From the NCBI GenBank assembly GCA_002478685.1, contig DLPY01000057.1, positions 1-60,629 of the forward strand: 60,629 nucleotides of DNA, given 5' to 3'. The notes under the pieces are model-generated. The model was not told the origin of the DNA and made no database searches. It saw only the letters and a list, made by a program, of their open reading frames with translations. This document shows positions 26,535-36,887 of the stretch, piece by piece; position 1 is the stretch's first letter, and each line of letters opens with the position of its first letter. The DNA comes from Flavobacteriaceae bacterium UBA7446 (lineage in GTDB: Bacteria; Bacteroidota; Bacteroidia; Flavobacteriales; Flavobacteriaceae). The position numbers and the translations under genes were made by a program.

Positions 26535-27303
26535 ATCCAAAAACAAATAATATTAAAATATATAGCGGAATAGCAAGTAATGAACTGTCCAATCGGTCGT
26601 ACATACCACCATGTCCTGGTAAAATTCTACCACTATCTTTTATACCGCACTGACGCTTTATTTTTGATTGCACCAAGTCGCCAAATCCGCCACCAATAGC
26701 AGTAATTATGATTGCGGCAAACATAGTTTTAGCATCCAAAATTTCAAAATAGGTCCCCATATACAACATAATGGTTGTAGAGATAACAACACCTCCGATG
26801 CTTCCCTCAATAGTTTTGTTTGGAGATATAGCGCTAGCTAATAAATGTTTCCCCATTGATGAACCAACCAAATAAGCACCGGTATCATTAAGCCAAATGA
26901 TACCAAAAAAGAAGGCAACAAAGTCAGGATTTTGCCTGCCTAGTAGCACTAATAGAACAAGTGGAACACTTACGCCAAAAATCCCCAAAACAGTCACAAA
27001 TGTTTTTGTAAAAGAAATTTTTCGTTTTCTCCAGTAAAAATTGGCCATAAGCTGAACCCCAATAGTCCCTAAAAGTAGCAGTGTTAGGAATGCGTACTCA
27101 ACAAAATGTGAAAACAGCAAAAAAGCAGGAAATGTGAGGAAGACGATTAGTGATTTTTTATTGGTTATACGCTGTATTTCCAAAAGCGATAAACTTGCCA
27201 TAGTAAGCACAACCAACGTGAAAAATGTCGCGTCAAGATAGAGGCTTCCCAATAAAAGTGCAGCGTAGCATAACGATGTGATAGAGCGGACAAAAAGTGT
27301 CAT
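26524..27303 (-). CDS. cdsA: Phosphatidate cytidylyltransferase
   Basis: 259 aa and polytopic, with the CTP_transf_1 signature ..SKIKRQCGIKDSGRILPGHGGMYDRLDS... Confidence 0.88.
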   Translation of the reverse strand: MTLFVRSITSLCYAALLLGSLYLDATFFTLVVLTMASLSLLEIQRITNKKSLIVFLTFPAFLLFSHFVEYAFLTLLLLGTIGVQLMANFYWRKRKISFTKTFVTVLGIFGVSVPLVLLVLLGRQNPDFVAFFFGIIWLNDTGAYLVGSSMGKHLLASAISPNKTIEGSIGGVVISTTIMLYMGTYFEILDAKTMFAAIIITAIGGGFGDLVQSKIKRQCGIKDSGRILPGHGGMYDRLDSSLLAIPLYILILFVFGYVS

Positions 27304-27911
27304 GAAAAGTCCTCAAGCAATAATAGGTATACTTCTTTTACACCATTTCCGTAGTTCATATAGTTGTCATCGTTAAGTATTTCGGATTTAAATTGTTTGA
27401 TTGAGGTAATATTTAAGGGAATGCTTTCTGCATAGCGATGCCTGATGTTTTTTAATGCATCTGAAACTGTTTTAGCGAACTGTCGTGTTCCCGCCAAAAT
27501 AATAATAGTTTCAGGTAAATCAGCGAGTTTGTTAGCGCCTAGTTGATGCTCACAGACCACAACGCTTCCGTCGTAGGCAACAAGTGATTCGCAGTTGCAC
27601 AGCATGATTTTGGCATTTAGATTTGTTTTGGTTAGCCTTATTCCAACATCTAGCTTTTCTGCAACAGCTGGGCTTCAGCATAAAAGTTCACGTACTTCGG
27701 TTGGATATTCTTTAACAATATCGGTAAAAGTAGTTTTGGCATCCTCAAGTTGTTCGCAATACACGAACTTTCCTCCTAACTTGGTAAACTTTTCAGCAAA
27801 TCTTTGCTCAATAGGCACTTCCTTGGCGGGCATGTGTGGTCCACGCTCTTCAGCATCCGATTGTTTAGGGGCTGCCTTTTTTCCAAATAATGTCGACCAG
27901 AACTTACTCAC
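27300..27911 (-). pseudogene. LUD-domain (LutC/YkgG-like, DUF162) gene interrupted by a single in-frame TGA
   Basis: ORFs 27675..27911 and 27300..27605 are in the same frame. They are joined by 23 open sense codons after a single TGA at 27675..27677. The joined product is about 203 aa, the usual size of the LUD-domain gene found upstream of ftsH-cdsA in flavobacteria. Confidence 0.6.
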
Positions 27912-27953
27912 AAAATAACCTTGTTACACAAAGGTAACAAATCGTAGCTATTT

Positions 27954-29960
27954 CTAGTCTTTTGGCGTTTCAGCTTTAGTTGTTTTGGCTTTTGTTGTTG
28001 TACGTTTTTTTGGTGCTGCTTTTTGTTTTGGTGGCGCCACTTCTTCAGGTTTTTCAAATGGGCGCTTACCAAAAATTCGCTCTAAATCGTCTTTGAAAAT
28101 CACTTCTTTTACTAACAAATGCTCAGCAAGTTCGGTGAGTTTGTCCTTGTGCCTTTTCAAAAGCTGAATAGCACGTTTATACTCGTGCTCAACAATAGCA
28201 GAAATTTCAGTATCGATGAGTTTTGCCGTTTCCTCAGAATACGGTTTTGTAAATCCATATTCGCCTTCATTTGCGTTGTAATAAGTGATGTTTCCAATTT
28301 TGTTATTTAGACCGTAAATGGTCACCATGGCTCTGGCCTGTTGCGTAACTTTTACCAAATCGCTGAGTGCTCCAGTAGAAATTTTGTTAAAGATGATATC
28401 CTCTGCAGCACGTCCACCCAATGTGGCACACATTTCATCAAGCATCTGCTCGGTGCGCACAATTTGACGTTCTTCCGGCAAATACCATGCTGCTCCTAAT
28501 GATTGCCCTCGAGGTACGATTGTAACCTTAACAAGCGGTGCTGCATGTTCCAACATCCAGCTCACGGTCGCGTGTCCCGCCTCGTGGAAAGCAATGGTTT
28601 TCTTTTCTTCTGGGGTGATGATTTTACTCTTTTTTTCCAACCCGCCCACAATTCTATCTACCGCATCCAAAAAGTCTTGACGCCCTACTTTTTTCTTGTT
28701 CTTTCTAGCGGCAATGAGTGCAGATTCATTACACACATTGGCAATATCTGCTCCCGAGAATCCTGGTGTTTGCTTTGCAAGAAAATCTACATCTAATTTT
28801 GGGTCAGATCTTAATGGCTTTAAGTGTACTTTAAAAATTTCTTTACGCTCGCGTAAGTCGGGTAAGTCCACATAGATTTGACGGTCAAAACGCCCAGCAC
28901 GCATAAGCGCTTTGTCTAATACATCGGCGCGGTTCGTAGCTGCAATGACAATTACATTGGTATTTGTGCCAAAACCATCCATTTCTGTAAGCAATTGATT
29001 AAGTGTGTTTTCACGCTCATCATTAGAACCTGTGATGTTATTTTTACCGCGTGCGCGACCTATGGCGTCAATCTCATCAATAAAAATAATCGCCGGTGAT
29101 TTGTCTTTGGCCTGCTTAAAAAGGTCACGCACTCGAGATGCACCTACACCTACAAACATTTCTACAAAATCTGAACCTGAAAGGGAGAAAAATGGCACTT
29201 TTGCTTCTCCGGCAACGGCTTTTGCTAAAAGTGTTTTTCCAGTTCCTGGAGGTCCTACTAATAAAGCTCCTTTTGGAATTTTACCACCTAGCACAGTATA
29301 TTTTGTTGGGTTTTTGAGAAAATCTACAATTTCTTGCACTTCTTCTTTGGCACCTTCAAGCCCGGCAACGTCTTTGAATGTTACTTTAATATCCGTTTTT
29401 TCATCAAATAATTTTGCTTTCGATTTACCGATATTGAATATTTGTGCACCACCGCCACCACCGCCACCGCCAGACATACGGCGCATGATAAACAACCAGA
29501 TGGCAATAATTAAAATCAAAGGTAAAAAACCAATAAGGACATCAAGCCAACGATTTTCTACGGTTTTAAACTCGTAACTGAAATCTACACCATTTGCTTC
29601 GGCGGCTTCTAATTTCTTCTGGAACAACTCTAAGTTACCAACCTCAAACTGGTAATGCGGACCTGAATCATTACTGCGCCCTAATATATCGGAGTTTTTT
29701 GCGTTTTTGTGTTTGGTTTCTTGCAATGCTTTTTCAGTGAGTGTTACTTGAGCGGTGTTTTTATTCACCACCACCACACGGCTAACTTCTCCGTCATTTA
29801 AAAAACGCTCAAAAGTAGAAATGTTAATTTTTTGGTCTTCACTTAATCCATTTCCGCCGCGAAAGAACGACATGCCCAAAAAGAATATAACTATGGAGCC
29901 GTAGAGCCAATAGGGATTTAACGCGGGTTTTTTTGGTGGTGTTTTTTCGTTTTTAGCCAT
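27954..29960 (-). CDS. ftsH: ATP-dependent zinc metalloprotease FtsH
   Basis: 668 aa with AAA+ Walker A GPPGTGKT, Walker B IIFIDEID, the zinc motif HEAGH, and a poly-Gly linker after TM2. Confidence 0.97.
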   Translation of the reverse strand: MAKNEKTPPKKPALNPYWLYGSIVIFFLGMSFFRGGNGLSEDQKINISTFERFLNDGEVSRVVVVNKNTAQVTLTEKALQETKHKNAKNSDILGRSNDSGPHYQFEVGNLELFQKKLEAAEANGVDFSYEFKTVENRWLDVLIGFLPLILIIAIWLFIMRRMSGGGGGGGGAQIFNIGKSKAKLFDEKTDIKVTFKDVAGLEGAKEEVQEIVDFLKNPTKYTVLGGKIPKGALLVGPPGTGKTLLAKAVAGEAKVPFFSLSGSDFVEMFVGVGASRVRDLFKQAKDKSPAIIFIDEIDAIGRARGKNNITGSNDERENTLNQLLTEMDGFGTNTNVIVIAATNRADVLDKALMRAGRFDRQIYVDLPDLRERKEIFKVHLKPLRSDPKLDVDFLAKQTPGFSGADIANVCNESALIAARKNKKKVGRQDFLDAVDRIVGGLEKKSKIITPEEKKTIAFHEAGHATVSWMLEHAAPLVKVTIVPRGQSLGAAWYLPEERQIVRTEQMLDEMCATLGGRAAEDIIFNKISTGALSDLVKVTQQARAMVTIYGLNNKIGNITYYNANEGEYGFTKPYSEETAKLIDTEISAIVEHEYKRAIQLLKRHKDKLTELAEHLLVKEVIFKDDLERIFGKRPFEKPEEVAPPKQKAAPKKRTTTKAKTTKAETPKD

Positions 29961-29962
29961 AA

Positions 29963-30331
29963 CTAGTAATTAGATTCCACTAGGGTTTGTTTGGCATCGC
30001 CCCAAAGTGATTCAATGTCGTAATGCGAACGTGTTTGTTTCTGAAAAATATGAACAACAATATCTACAAAATCCATTAATACCCATTCACTGGTTTCTTG
30101 ACCTTCAACATGCCAAGGTTTTTCTTGAAGGGATTTGCTTACCACTTTTTGAACCGAGCTTGATATGGCACGTACTTGCGTATTTGAATTCCCAGAACAA
30201 ACAACAAAATACTTACATACATTGTTTTCAATTTCACGCAAATCTAAAATATTTATGTCATCGCCTTTAACTTCCTCAATCCCTTCGATAATATGAGCAA
30301 GAAGTATGTCTGTATTGGTTTTATTAGTCAT
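29963..30331 (-). CDS. rsfS: Ribosome silencing factor
   Basis: 122 aa RsfS/YbeB family (..DFVDIVVHIF....R..Y.IE.LW). Confidence 0.9.
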   Translation of the reverse strand: MTNKTNTDILLAHIIEGIEEVKGDDINILDLREIENNVCKYFVVCSGNSNTQVRAISSSVQKVVSKSLQEKPWHVEGQETSEWVLMDFVDIVVHIFQKQTRSHYDIESLWGDAKQTLVESNY

Positions 30332-30388
30332 CCAAATAATGTATTTGTAAATGTAGTCGATATTTATGTAACTACTTTAAAAAACACG

Positions 30389-30396
30389 TAACTTTG
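30389..30396 (+). promoter_or_regulatory. -7 promoter box TAacTTTG abutting the birA start codon
   Basis: Exact TAnnTTTG ending 3 nt before the ATG at 30400. Confidence 0.4.
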
Positions 30397-30399
30397 TTT

Positions 30400-31128
30400 A
30401 TGCTATTTATCAAACTTAGTGCCATTGACTCCACCAATGCATTTTTAAAACAATGGGTGCAGCAAACTAAGGCACACGATGCTATTGCCGTAAGAGCAGA
30501 CCACCAAACCCACGGAAAGGGGCGTATGGGTACCAAATGGCATTCAGAAAATAACCTTAACCTGTTGTGCTCGATATATTTGGGAGATATTTTACACCAT
30601 AACAAGACCGTTTTTGAAATAAACAAACGTGTTTGTTTGGCAATTTTAGACACGCTGACAGCACAACACATTCCTAAACTCCAAATCAAATGGCCAAACG
30701 ACATTTTGTCAGCAAGCAAAAAAATTGGCGGTGTTTTGGTTGAGCCTATTTTACGTGGAAAAAAGTTAACAGGTGTTGTCATTGGTTGTGGGATTAATGT
30801 AAATCAACTTAATTTCTTCGAGTTACCGTATGCATCCTCAATGTATGCAATCACAGGAGAAGAGTTTGCTATTGAGCCGTTGTTTGAAGATTTGGCTAAA
30901 AACATTGAGCGCACCGTTCGTGCAAGCACTACAGATAACTCACGCTATTTGGATGCGCTTTATGGATTGAATGAATTATGCAACTTTGAAAGAACGGATA
31001 GAACATTGTTTTCAGCTACTATTGTAGGAGTAGCCAATGACGGAAAATTAGTCGTTAAACACGATGATAATTCTACCGAAATGTTTGAAGAAAAAAAGCT
31101 GATTTTTACAGCTTTTGCACATTGCTAA
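30400..31128 (+). CDS. birA: Biotin--[acetyl-CoA-carboxylase] ligase (group I, no HTH)
   Basis: It carries ..DSTN.. and the GRGR-type motif QTHGKGRMGTKWHS. An alternative TTG start exists at 30394. Confidence 0.85.
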   Translation: MLFIKLSAIDSTNAFLKQWVQQTKAHDAIAVRADHQTHGKGRMGTKWHSENNLNLLCSIYLGDILHHNKTVFEINKRVCLAILDTLTAQHIPKLQIKWPNDILSASKKIGGVLVEPILRGKKLTGVVIGCGINVNQLNFFELPYASSMYAITGEEFAIEPLFEDLAKNIERTVRASTTDNSRYLDALYGLNELCNFERTDRTLFSATIVGVANDGKLVVKHDDNSTEMFEEKKLIFTAFAHC

Positions 31129-31492
31129 TAAGCGCTTCTAAAAATTGGGTCAATGGTTTTTTTACCATCATTTGCATCATAGGATTGATGTCGCCCTCAA
31201 AAACCAATTGAACCTGAGTTTTTTCTTCTGCCTTACTCAAATTTGCTTTTAGTTCAAAAGGTACATTTCCACCATCGGCTGCCAATATAATTTGACTATG
31301 CGGTGTTAGCCTTTCCATTTTAAGTGGAATTACCGGCATGCTGCCAAGCTTAAAACTAAAATTGGACTCATCCGAAATTCTAAAGCTAGCTTCTTTTGGC
31401 ATCAGGCGTTCGTAAGTGCTTGCTTTTGTGAGCTTTTCAAACACTTCTTCTATCGGGCTTTCTGCTATCGCAATACTACTTTCTATGGTCAT
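31106..31492 (-). CDS. SRPBCC (START/polyketide cyclase-like) family protein
   Basis: 128 aa, with size and beta-rich pattern consistent with SRPBCC. It is commonly found next to pyrE in flavobacteria (from memory). Confidence 0.5.
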   Translation of the reverse strand: MTIESSIAIAESPIEEVFEKLTKASTYERLMPKEASFRISDESNFSFKLGSMPVIPLKMERLTPHSQIILAADGGNVPFELKANLSKAEEKTQVQLVFEGDINPMMQMMVKKPLTQFLEALISNVQKL

Positions 31493-31496
31493 GGAT

Positions 31497-32138
31497 TTAT
31501 GATTTTGGTGTCCAAAGCTCTGGTGCTTCGCGCCATTTTTTTAATACTTCTTCTTGCTCTGACGCGATATAGTTTGTTGCAATTGCGGTGTCAATAAGCA
31601 CGTTGTAACCCGACAAGGTTGTCAGCTCAATATTTGCCTCACGCATGTTTTGTGCAGCCACATCAAATTCATAACTAAATAAGGCAACCATACCCAATAC
31701 TTTAATGTTTTCCTTACGCAATGCCTCAACTGCTTGAAGGCTACTTTTACCAGTACTAATTAAATCTTCCACTAAAACTGTTGGAGCTATAGGGTCAAAA
31801 TGTCCTTCAATTTGATTTTGTCGACCGTGTTTTTTAGGTACAGGACGTACATACATAAAAGGCAGACCCAACACTTCCGCAACCAGCATTCCAATACCAA
31901 TTGCCCCTGTCGCAACACCTGCAATGGCTTTCACTTCTGGATAACGGATTTTGATTTCTTGTGCCATGGCGTTGCGCAAAATCCTTCTAATCTTAGGGTA
32001 AGAAAGCGTTATCCTGTTGTCGCAATAAATGGGCGATAGCCATCCGCTTGCCCATGTAAATGGGCTTTCAGGTTTAAGCTTTATTGCTTTAATTTGTAAG
32101 AGGTATTTGGCTACTTGCTGAGCAGTAGAGGATTCCAT
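31497..32138 (-). CDS. pyrE: Orotate phosphoribosyltransferase
   Basis: PRPP-binding motif VLVEDLISTGKSS. The ORF extends to 32153 with earlier ATGs. Confidence 0.9.
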   Translation of the reverse strand: MESSTAQQVAKYLLQIKAIKLKPESPFTWASGWLSPIYCDNRITLSYPKIRRILRNAMAQEIKIRYPEVKAIAGVATGAIGIGMLVAEVLGLPFMYVRPVPKKHGRQNQIEGHFDPIAPTVLVEDLISTGKSSLQAVEALRKENIKVLGMVALFSYEFDVAAQNMREANIELTTLSGYNVLIDTAIATNYIASEQEEVLKKWREAPELWTPKS

Positions 32139-32147
32139 AGACATATA

Positions 32148-32774
32148 ATGCAAATGTATAAAGTTTTTGTCAATAAGAAGGAGATTGTCCTTGCTGTAAG
32201 TGCGCCCAAAAAGCCCAAAGTAAAAGCGCTTCCGCTTCAGGAAACACCATTAAAAAAAATCATCCGTATTCTTAGAACAACCAAAGTAGAAACTATTTAT
32301 TTGACGCATAATAATCCAAAAAAATTGTTGCCATTGTTCAAGAAAAAGTTGCCTGTTGCTGCTGCTGCTGGAGGTGTTGTCCAAAATGAAGAGCATAAAT
32401 TGCTATTTATTTACCGAAAAAAAAAATGGGATTTGCCAAAGGGAAAAGTTGAAAAAGACGAAACTCTTCAAGAATGTGCTAAGCGTGAAGTAAAAGAAGA
32501 AACAGGAGTAAAAAAAATCAAAGTTGGTAATTTGGTTGGCGTTACCTACCATATTTTTAAACGCAACAACCGCTATCAATTGAAAGAGTCGCATTGGTTT
32601 TATATGACCACAAAATACGATGGCAAGTTAGTGCCTCAAACCAAAGAAGAAATTACCAAAGCGGTTTGGAAGGGAAAGAAAAAGACATTAAAAGCATTGG
32701 AAAAAACCTACCCAAATATTGCCCATTTGTTTGCAAAAGCAAACTTATTTAAATATTTATTTGAGGAGGAATAA
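32148..32774 (+). CDS. NUDIX hydrolase
   Basis: Nudix box GKVEKDETLQECAKREVKEETG. Alternative starts exist at 32115 and 32154. Confidence 0.8.
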   Translation: MQMYKVFVNKKEIVLAVSAPKKPKVKALPLQETPLKKIIRILRTTKVETIYLTHNNPKKLLPLFKKKLPVAAAAGGVVQNEEHKLLFIYRKKKWDLPKGKVEKDETLQECAKREVKEETGVKKIKVGNLVGVTYHIFKRNNRYQLKESHWFYMTTKYDGKLVPQTKEEITKAVWKGKKKTLKALEKTYPNIAHLFAKANLFKYLFEEE

Positions 32775-33204
32775 AGGTACTGTAATCACCATTGTTGCGA
32801 ATGATTTCCCTCACAATGCTACTGCTGATATAGGATGTTTCTGCCGAAGTTAGTAAGAAAACCGTTTCAATTTCCGACATATGTCTGTTCGTTCTGGCAA
32901 TTGCCTTTTCAAACTCAAAATCGCCATTATTACGAACGCCACGCAAAATAAAATCTGCCTCTATTTCTCTACAAAAATCAACAGTTAGCCCTTTGTAAGT
33001 TGCAACACGGACTCGCGATTCGTGTTTAAGACACGTTTCAATAAACGCCAAGCGTTTTTCTAGCGAAAACATATATTTTTTTTCGCTATTTATTCCAATT
33101 CCCACAACGATTTCATCAAAAATTTTGACGCCTCGTTCCACAATGTCTAAGTGACCAATAGTAAATGGGTCAAATGACCCAGGGAATAACGCACGTTTCA
33201 TCAT
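32749..33204 (-). CDS. coaD: Pantetheine-phosphate adenylyltransferase
   Basis: 151 aa. FPGSFDPFTIGHLD (HxGH nucleotidyltransferase motif) and ISSSIVREI. Confidence 0.93.
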   Translation of the reverse strand: MMKRALFPGSFDPFTIGHLDIVERGVKIFDEIVVGIGINSEKKYMFSLEKRLAFIETCLKHESRVRVATYKGLTVDFCREIEADFILRGVRNNGDFEFEKAIARTNRHMSEIETVFLLTSAETSYISSSIVREIIRNNGDYSTFIPPQINI

Positions 33205-34187
33205 TTAAAGGTATTGTTTTTTAGACAGTTGTGTAGCATGTCCGTGAATAAGTCGCTAAGTGCAATGCCCCCATGGCGCGCCTGTTGCGGAAGTAAACTT
33301 TCTTCAGTGAGACCAGGTACGCTATTCAATTCCAAAAAGTAAGGAATGTCACCCTGGAAAATAAAATCACTTCGGCTAAGCCCTTTTGCTCCCAAAGCAG
33401 TAAATACTTTTTTTGCGGCTACGTTTATATTTTGTAGTTGCACTTCAGATAGTCGAGCAGGGGTAATTTCTTGTGAATTGCCTTCGTATTTTGCTTCGTA
33501 GTCAAAGAAATCGCCGTTGGCAATAATTTCTGTTGGGGTCAGTACTACAATTTTATTTTGATATTCGACTACAGCAATTGAAGCCTCAGTTCCATCCAAA
33601 AAACTTTCAATTAACACCTGATTGTCTTCCTTTAATGCGGTCTTAATGGCAGCTTCCATATCAGCGACTTTATGCACCTTCACTACGCCGTAGCTGCTTC
33701 CAGCTTTGTTTGCCTTCACAAAACAAGGCAAACCTATTTTTCCAATCAATTTGCTTACATCCCAATCATCCTCTTCGTGCAAAAGTTGGTGTTTAGCCAT
33801 ATAAATACCGTGTGGCGCAAGAAACTCCAGCGTATCATATTTATTATAGGTAAGTCGTGCTACTTTTGCAGAGCATCCTGTATATGGAATATTGACATTC
33901 TCAAGTAGGGTTTGTAATTCGCCATTTTCGCCGGGAGCGCCATGAACTGCATTAAAAACGGCATCAAATGAATGGCTCTCACCTTCAAAACTATAGGAGA
34001 ATGTGTTTTGGTCAATCGGAATATCTTGTGCGTGGTGTTGCGCAAACCAACCTGATTTAGAAACAATAACTGCCGTAGCGTCAAATATGTCTTTAGGCAA
34101 ATGCTTGAGAACTACTGCGCCACTTTTCAATGAAATGTTGTGTTCTGACGTTGTTCCGCCCATTACTACAGCTATGCGTTTTTTCAT
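33201..34187 (-). CDS. ddl: D-alanine--D-alanine ligase
   Basis: ATP-grasp protein with MKKRIAVVMGGTTSEHNISL at the N-terminus and ..FLELNSVPGLTE... The ORF extends to 34217. Confidence 0.93.
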   Translation of the reverse strand: MKKRIAVVMGGTTSEHNISLKSGAVVLKHLPKDIFDATAVIVSKSGWFAQHHAQDIPIDQNTFSYSFEGESHSFDAVFNAVHGAPGENGELQTLLENVNIPYTGCSAKVARLTYNKYDTLEFLAPHGIYMAKHQLLHEEDDWDVSKLIGKIGLPCFVKANKAGSSYGVVKVHKVADMEAAIKTALKEDNQVLIESFLDGTEASIAVVEYQNKIVVLTPTEIIANGDFFDYEAKYEGNSQEITPARLSEVQLQNINVAAKKVFTALGAKGLSRSDFIFQGDIPYFLELNSVPGLTEESLLPQQARHGGIALSDLFTDMLHNCLKNNTFK

Positions 34188-34228
34188 AGTGCAAATATCA
34201 TTATTTTTGGGGTTCATTAAGAGTCGAT

Positions 34229-34792
34229 ATGCTTCACTTCTTTCGTTTTTTGTTCAGTCGCAGTTTTTTTTGGCAAATATTTCTCTTACTAATTTCGTTG
34301 GCAACACTACTCGTTTTTGTTTTTTATGGGTTGCATTGGCACACTCGTCAAGGCAATTTTATTGAAGTTCCTGATCTACATGCAAAATCTATTGCCGAAG
34401 TGGAACTTCTTTTAAATGATCAGAAGTTGAATTTTGAAGTAATTGATTCAGCAAGATTTAATCCCGCCTATAACCCGTTTGCTATAATTGAACAATCTCC
34501 TCTTGCAGGGGAACTCGTAAAGAAGCATCGAAAAATTTATCTTACACTTAATCCTGCAAATTACAATGAGGTACGCATTCCTGAAGTCATTCAGATTACA
34601 CGGCGTTCAGCTGAATCCACACTCCGCGCGGTTGGGTTAGAAATTGGCGAAATATCTTACACAGATAACATTGGAAAAGATATGGTTTTACAACTTCGTT
34701 TTGAAAATGCTCCCATTGCCCCAGGTGAAAAACTACCAAAAACTTCAAGATTAGATTTGGTTTTAGGTAATGGAGTTACACCAGAAGAATAA
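34229..34792 (+). CDS. PASTA domain-containing membrane protein
   Basis: 187 aa. An N-terminal TM helix is followed by two approximately 65-aa PASTA-like repeats (..VPDL.G.S...A...L.., ..P.G..V). Confidence 0.7.
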   Translation: MLHFFRFLFSRSFFWQIFLLLISLATLLVFVFYGLHWHTRQGNFIEVPDLHAKSIAEVELLLNDQKLNFEVIDSARFNPAYNPFAIIEQSPLAGELVKKHRKIYLTLNPANYNEVRIPEVIQITRRSAESTLRAVGLEIGEISYTDNIGKDMVLQLRFENAPIAPGEKLPKTSRLDLVLGNGVTPEE

Positions 34793-34794
34793 GA

Positions 34795-35820
34795 ATGGAA
34801 CAAGAACCAGTTTTTGATGATCTTCATGAGCATTATGCCTTTACCGCTGATGCGGGACAAGAACCTTTGCGTGTAGATAAGTTTTTGATGAATCGCATTG
34901 AAAATGCCACACGAAACAAAATTCAACAAGCGGCTACAGCAGGATCCATAGTAGTAAATAATAAGGTCGTAAAATCGAATTACCGAGTAAAAGGAGGTGA
35001 TATGGTTCGTGTGCTGTTGGCGTATCCGCCGTACGAAAATTTGCTAGTACCCGAAGATATGACACTTGACATTGTGTATGAAGATGATGCGCTTTTAGTA
35101 GTCAACAAGCCTGCTGGACTTGTGGTGCATCCTGGACATGGAAATTATTCAGGAACGCTTATCAACGGGTTACTCCATCACTTTACACAACTTCCCAAAA
35201 ACAGCAACGATCGCCCAGGTCTTGTGCATCGAATAGATAAAGATACTTCAGGGTTGTTAGTGGTTGCCAAAACTGAAAATGCAATGGCGGATTTGGCGCA
35301 ACAGTTCCACGACAAATCTTCTGATCGCCAATATTTGGCATTGGTTTGGGGAGATGTGACTGATGCAAAAGGAACTGTAGATGGGTATTTGGGTCGCGAC
35401 CCAAAAAACAGGCTACTAATGACTGTTTTTCCAGATTTGGATCAAGGCAAACATGCCGTTACGCATTATGAAGTGGTAGAGCGATTTGGTTATGTGACAT
35501 TGGTGCGTTGTGTATTAGAAACAGGTAGAACACACCAAATTCGGGCACACATGAAGCATATTGGGCATACATTGTTTAATGATGCGCGGTATGGTGGCGA
35601 TAAAATCCTAAAAGGCACTTCGTTTACAAAATACAAGCAGTTTGTAGACAATTGTTTGAAGCAAATTCCAAGACAAGCACTACATGCGCAAACGTTGGGG
35701 TTTACGCATCCAGAAAGTGGTGAGAAAATGGCTTTTAGCTGCCCACTTCCCAAAGATTTTGAGGGAGTACTTACTAAATGGCGTAATTACGCACAGCATC
35801 AGCAATTGGGGAATTCCTGA
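34795..35820 (+). CDS. rluD: RluA-family 23S rRNA pseudouridine synthase (RluD-like)
   Basis: S4 domain followed by the catalytic motif HRIDKDTSGLLVVAK and ..GRTHQIRAH... Confidence 0.9.
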   Translation: MEQEPVFDDLHEHYAFTADAGQEPLRVDKFLMNRIENATRNKIQQAATAGSIVVNNKVVKSNYRVKGGDMVRVLLAYPPYENLLVPEDMTLDIVYEDDALLVVNKPAGLVVHPGHGNYSGTLINGLLHHFTQLPKNSNDRPGLVHRIDKDTSGLLVVAKTENAMADLAQQFHDKSSDRQYLALVWGDVTDAKGTVDGYLGRDPKNRLLMTVFPDLDQGKHAVTHYEVVERFGYVTLVRCVLETGRTHQIRAHMKHIGHTLFNDARYGGDKILKGTSFTKYKQFVDNCLKQIPRQALHAQTLGFTHPESGEKMAFSCPLPKDFEGVLTKWRNYAQHQQLGNS

Positions 35821-35897
35821 CAGTACTACTTGCATAGTTTTAAGGTCTTGGGTTGCCTATGCCCACAAGAATCGTATTTTTAACTAAAATTTTAAAC

Positions 35898-36659
35898 ATG
35901 AAAATTCTGGTTTCACCCGCCAAATCGCTAGATTATAAAAGTGAACTTCCAACAGACGTCCACAGCCAGCCAGCCTTTCTAAAAGAGGCAGCAAAGCTCA
36001 ATGCGTCTTTAAAAACGAAATCACCAGACGAGTTGCAAAAACTAATGCATATTTCCGAAAAATTAGCAACCTTAAATTGGGAGCGAAATCAACATTTTAC
36101 TACACCCTTTTCACCCAATAATGCACGCCCTGCTTTGTTTGCATTTAACGGCGATGTATATTCGGGGTTGGATGCGTATTCAATAAGCGAAAATGCATTA
36201 GAAGTTGCACAAGAAAATCTGCGTATTTTGTCTGGGCTTTACGGCATTTTAAAGCCGTTGGACTTGATGCAGCCCTATCGATTAGAAATGGGTACTTCTT
36301 TTGGCGTTGAAGGACAAAAGTCGCTTTATGTATTTTGGAAAGAAAAGCTAACTGCACATCTTAAAGAGGAATTAGCGCCCGCCGAACTAGTAGTAAATTT
36401 AGCAAGTAAGGAATACGCTTATGCCATTGATTTTAAGACACTTGACAGACCTGTAATCCATCCTGTATTTAAGGATTTTAAAAATGGAAAACTCAAAATT
36501 ATTTCGTTTTTTGCCAAAAAAGCACGTGGACTTATGGCACGTTACTTAATAGAAACAAACGCCAAATCCATAGATGACGTTTTGGGATTTACTGCCGATG
36601 GCTATTACTTTAGCGAAGCGGAAACCGCTGATGCTACTCAGCCGGTTTTTGTGCGCTAG
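35898..36659 (+). CDS. yaaA: Peroxide stress protein YaaA (DUF328)
   Basis: MKILVSPAKSLD N-terminus and the ..FFAKKARGLMARY.. motif. The ORF extends upstream to 35853. Confidence 0.85.
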   Translation: MKILVSPAKSLDYKSELPTDVHSQPAFLKEAAKLNASLKTKSPDELQKLMHISEKLATLNWERNQHFTTPFSPNNARPALFAFNGDVYSGLDAYSISENALEVAQENLRILSGLYGILKPLDLMQPYRLEMGTSFGVEGQKSLYVFWKEKLTAHLKEELAPAELVVNLASKEYAYAIDFKTLDRPVIHPVFKDFKNGKLKIISFFAKKARGLMARYLIETNAKSIDDVLGFTADGYYFSEAETADATQPVFVR

Positions 36660-36887
36660 CGCTTAGTTTGTTTTTGAGTTTTGTTTTTCTAAGCCCAAAC
36701 GATTTTTTTGCGATTTTCCCACGACGTGTTTTTTATCTCATTTTACCAAAATGATTTGGTTTATGTCCAAACCTGTATTGGTTTGATAAAAGTTAGATTC
36801 GGGAGTCTTTTAAAATGTATGAAAATTTATAAATGAAATGACTCAATAGGATAAAAAGTAATATTGTAATTGAGTTGATGTAAGTGA

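Noticed and set aside
27675-27677. In-frame TGA in the LUD-domain gene as a selenocysteine (Cys-Sec) recoding site
   Set aside because: I see no convincing SECIS-like hairpin in the 40 nt downstream; only a 4-bp AGCT/AGCT pairing is possible. Flavobacteriia generally lack the sel machinery, and LUD proteins are not known selenoproteins. A nonsense mutation or sequencing error is more parsimonious.
29440-29475. Short tandem GGTGGCGG-type repeat that could be mistaken for a microsatellite or CRISPR-like repeat
   Set aside because: It is in-frame coding sequence for the G8 linker of FtsH ([12 protein letters not shown]). It has no spacers and no array structure.
29005-29577. 190-aa ORF antisense to ftsH with a poly-Pro run
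   Set aside because: It is the shadow frame of the highly conserved FtsH AAA+ domain. The PPPPPPPP run is simply the reverse complement of the FtsH poly-Gly linker codons (GGTGGCGG repeats). No independent support exists.
30372-30782. 136-aa minus-strand ORF overlapping the birA 5' half
   Set aside because: It is antisense to a well-supported birA, has no recognisable motifs, and its start lies inside birA. It is a shadow ORF.
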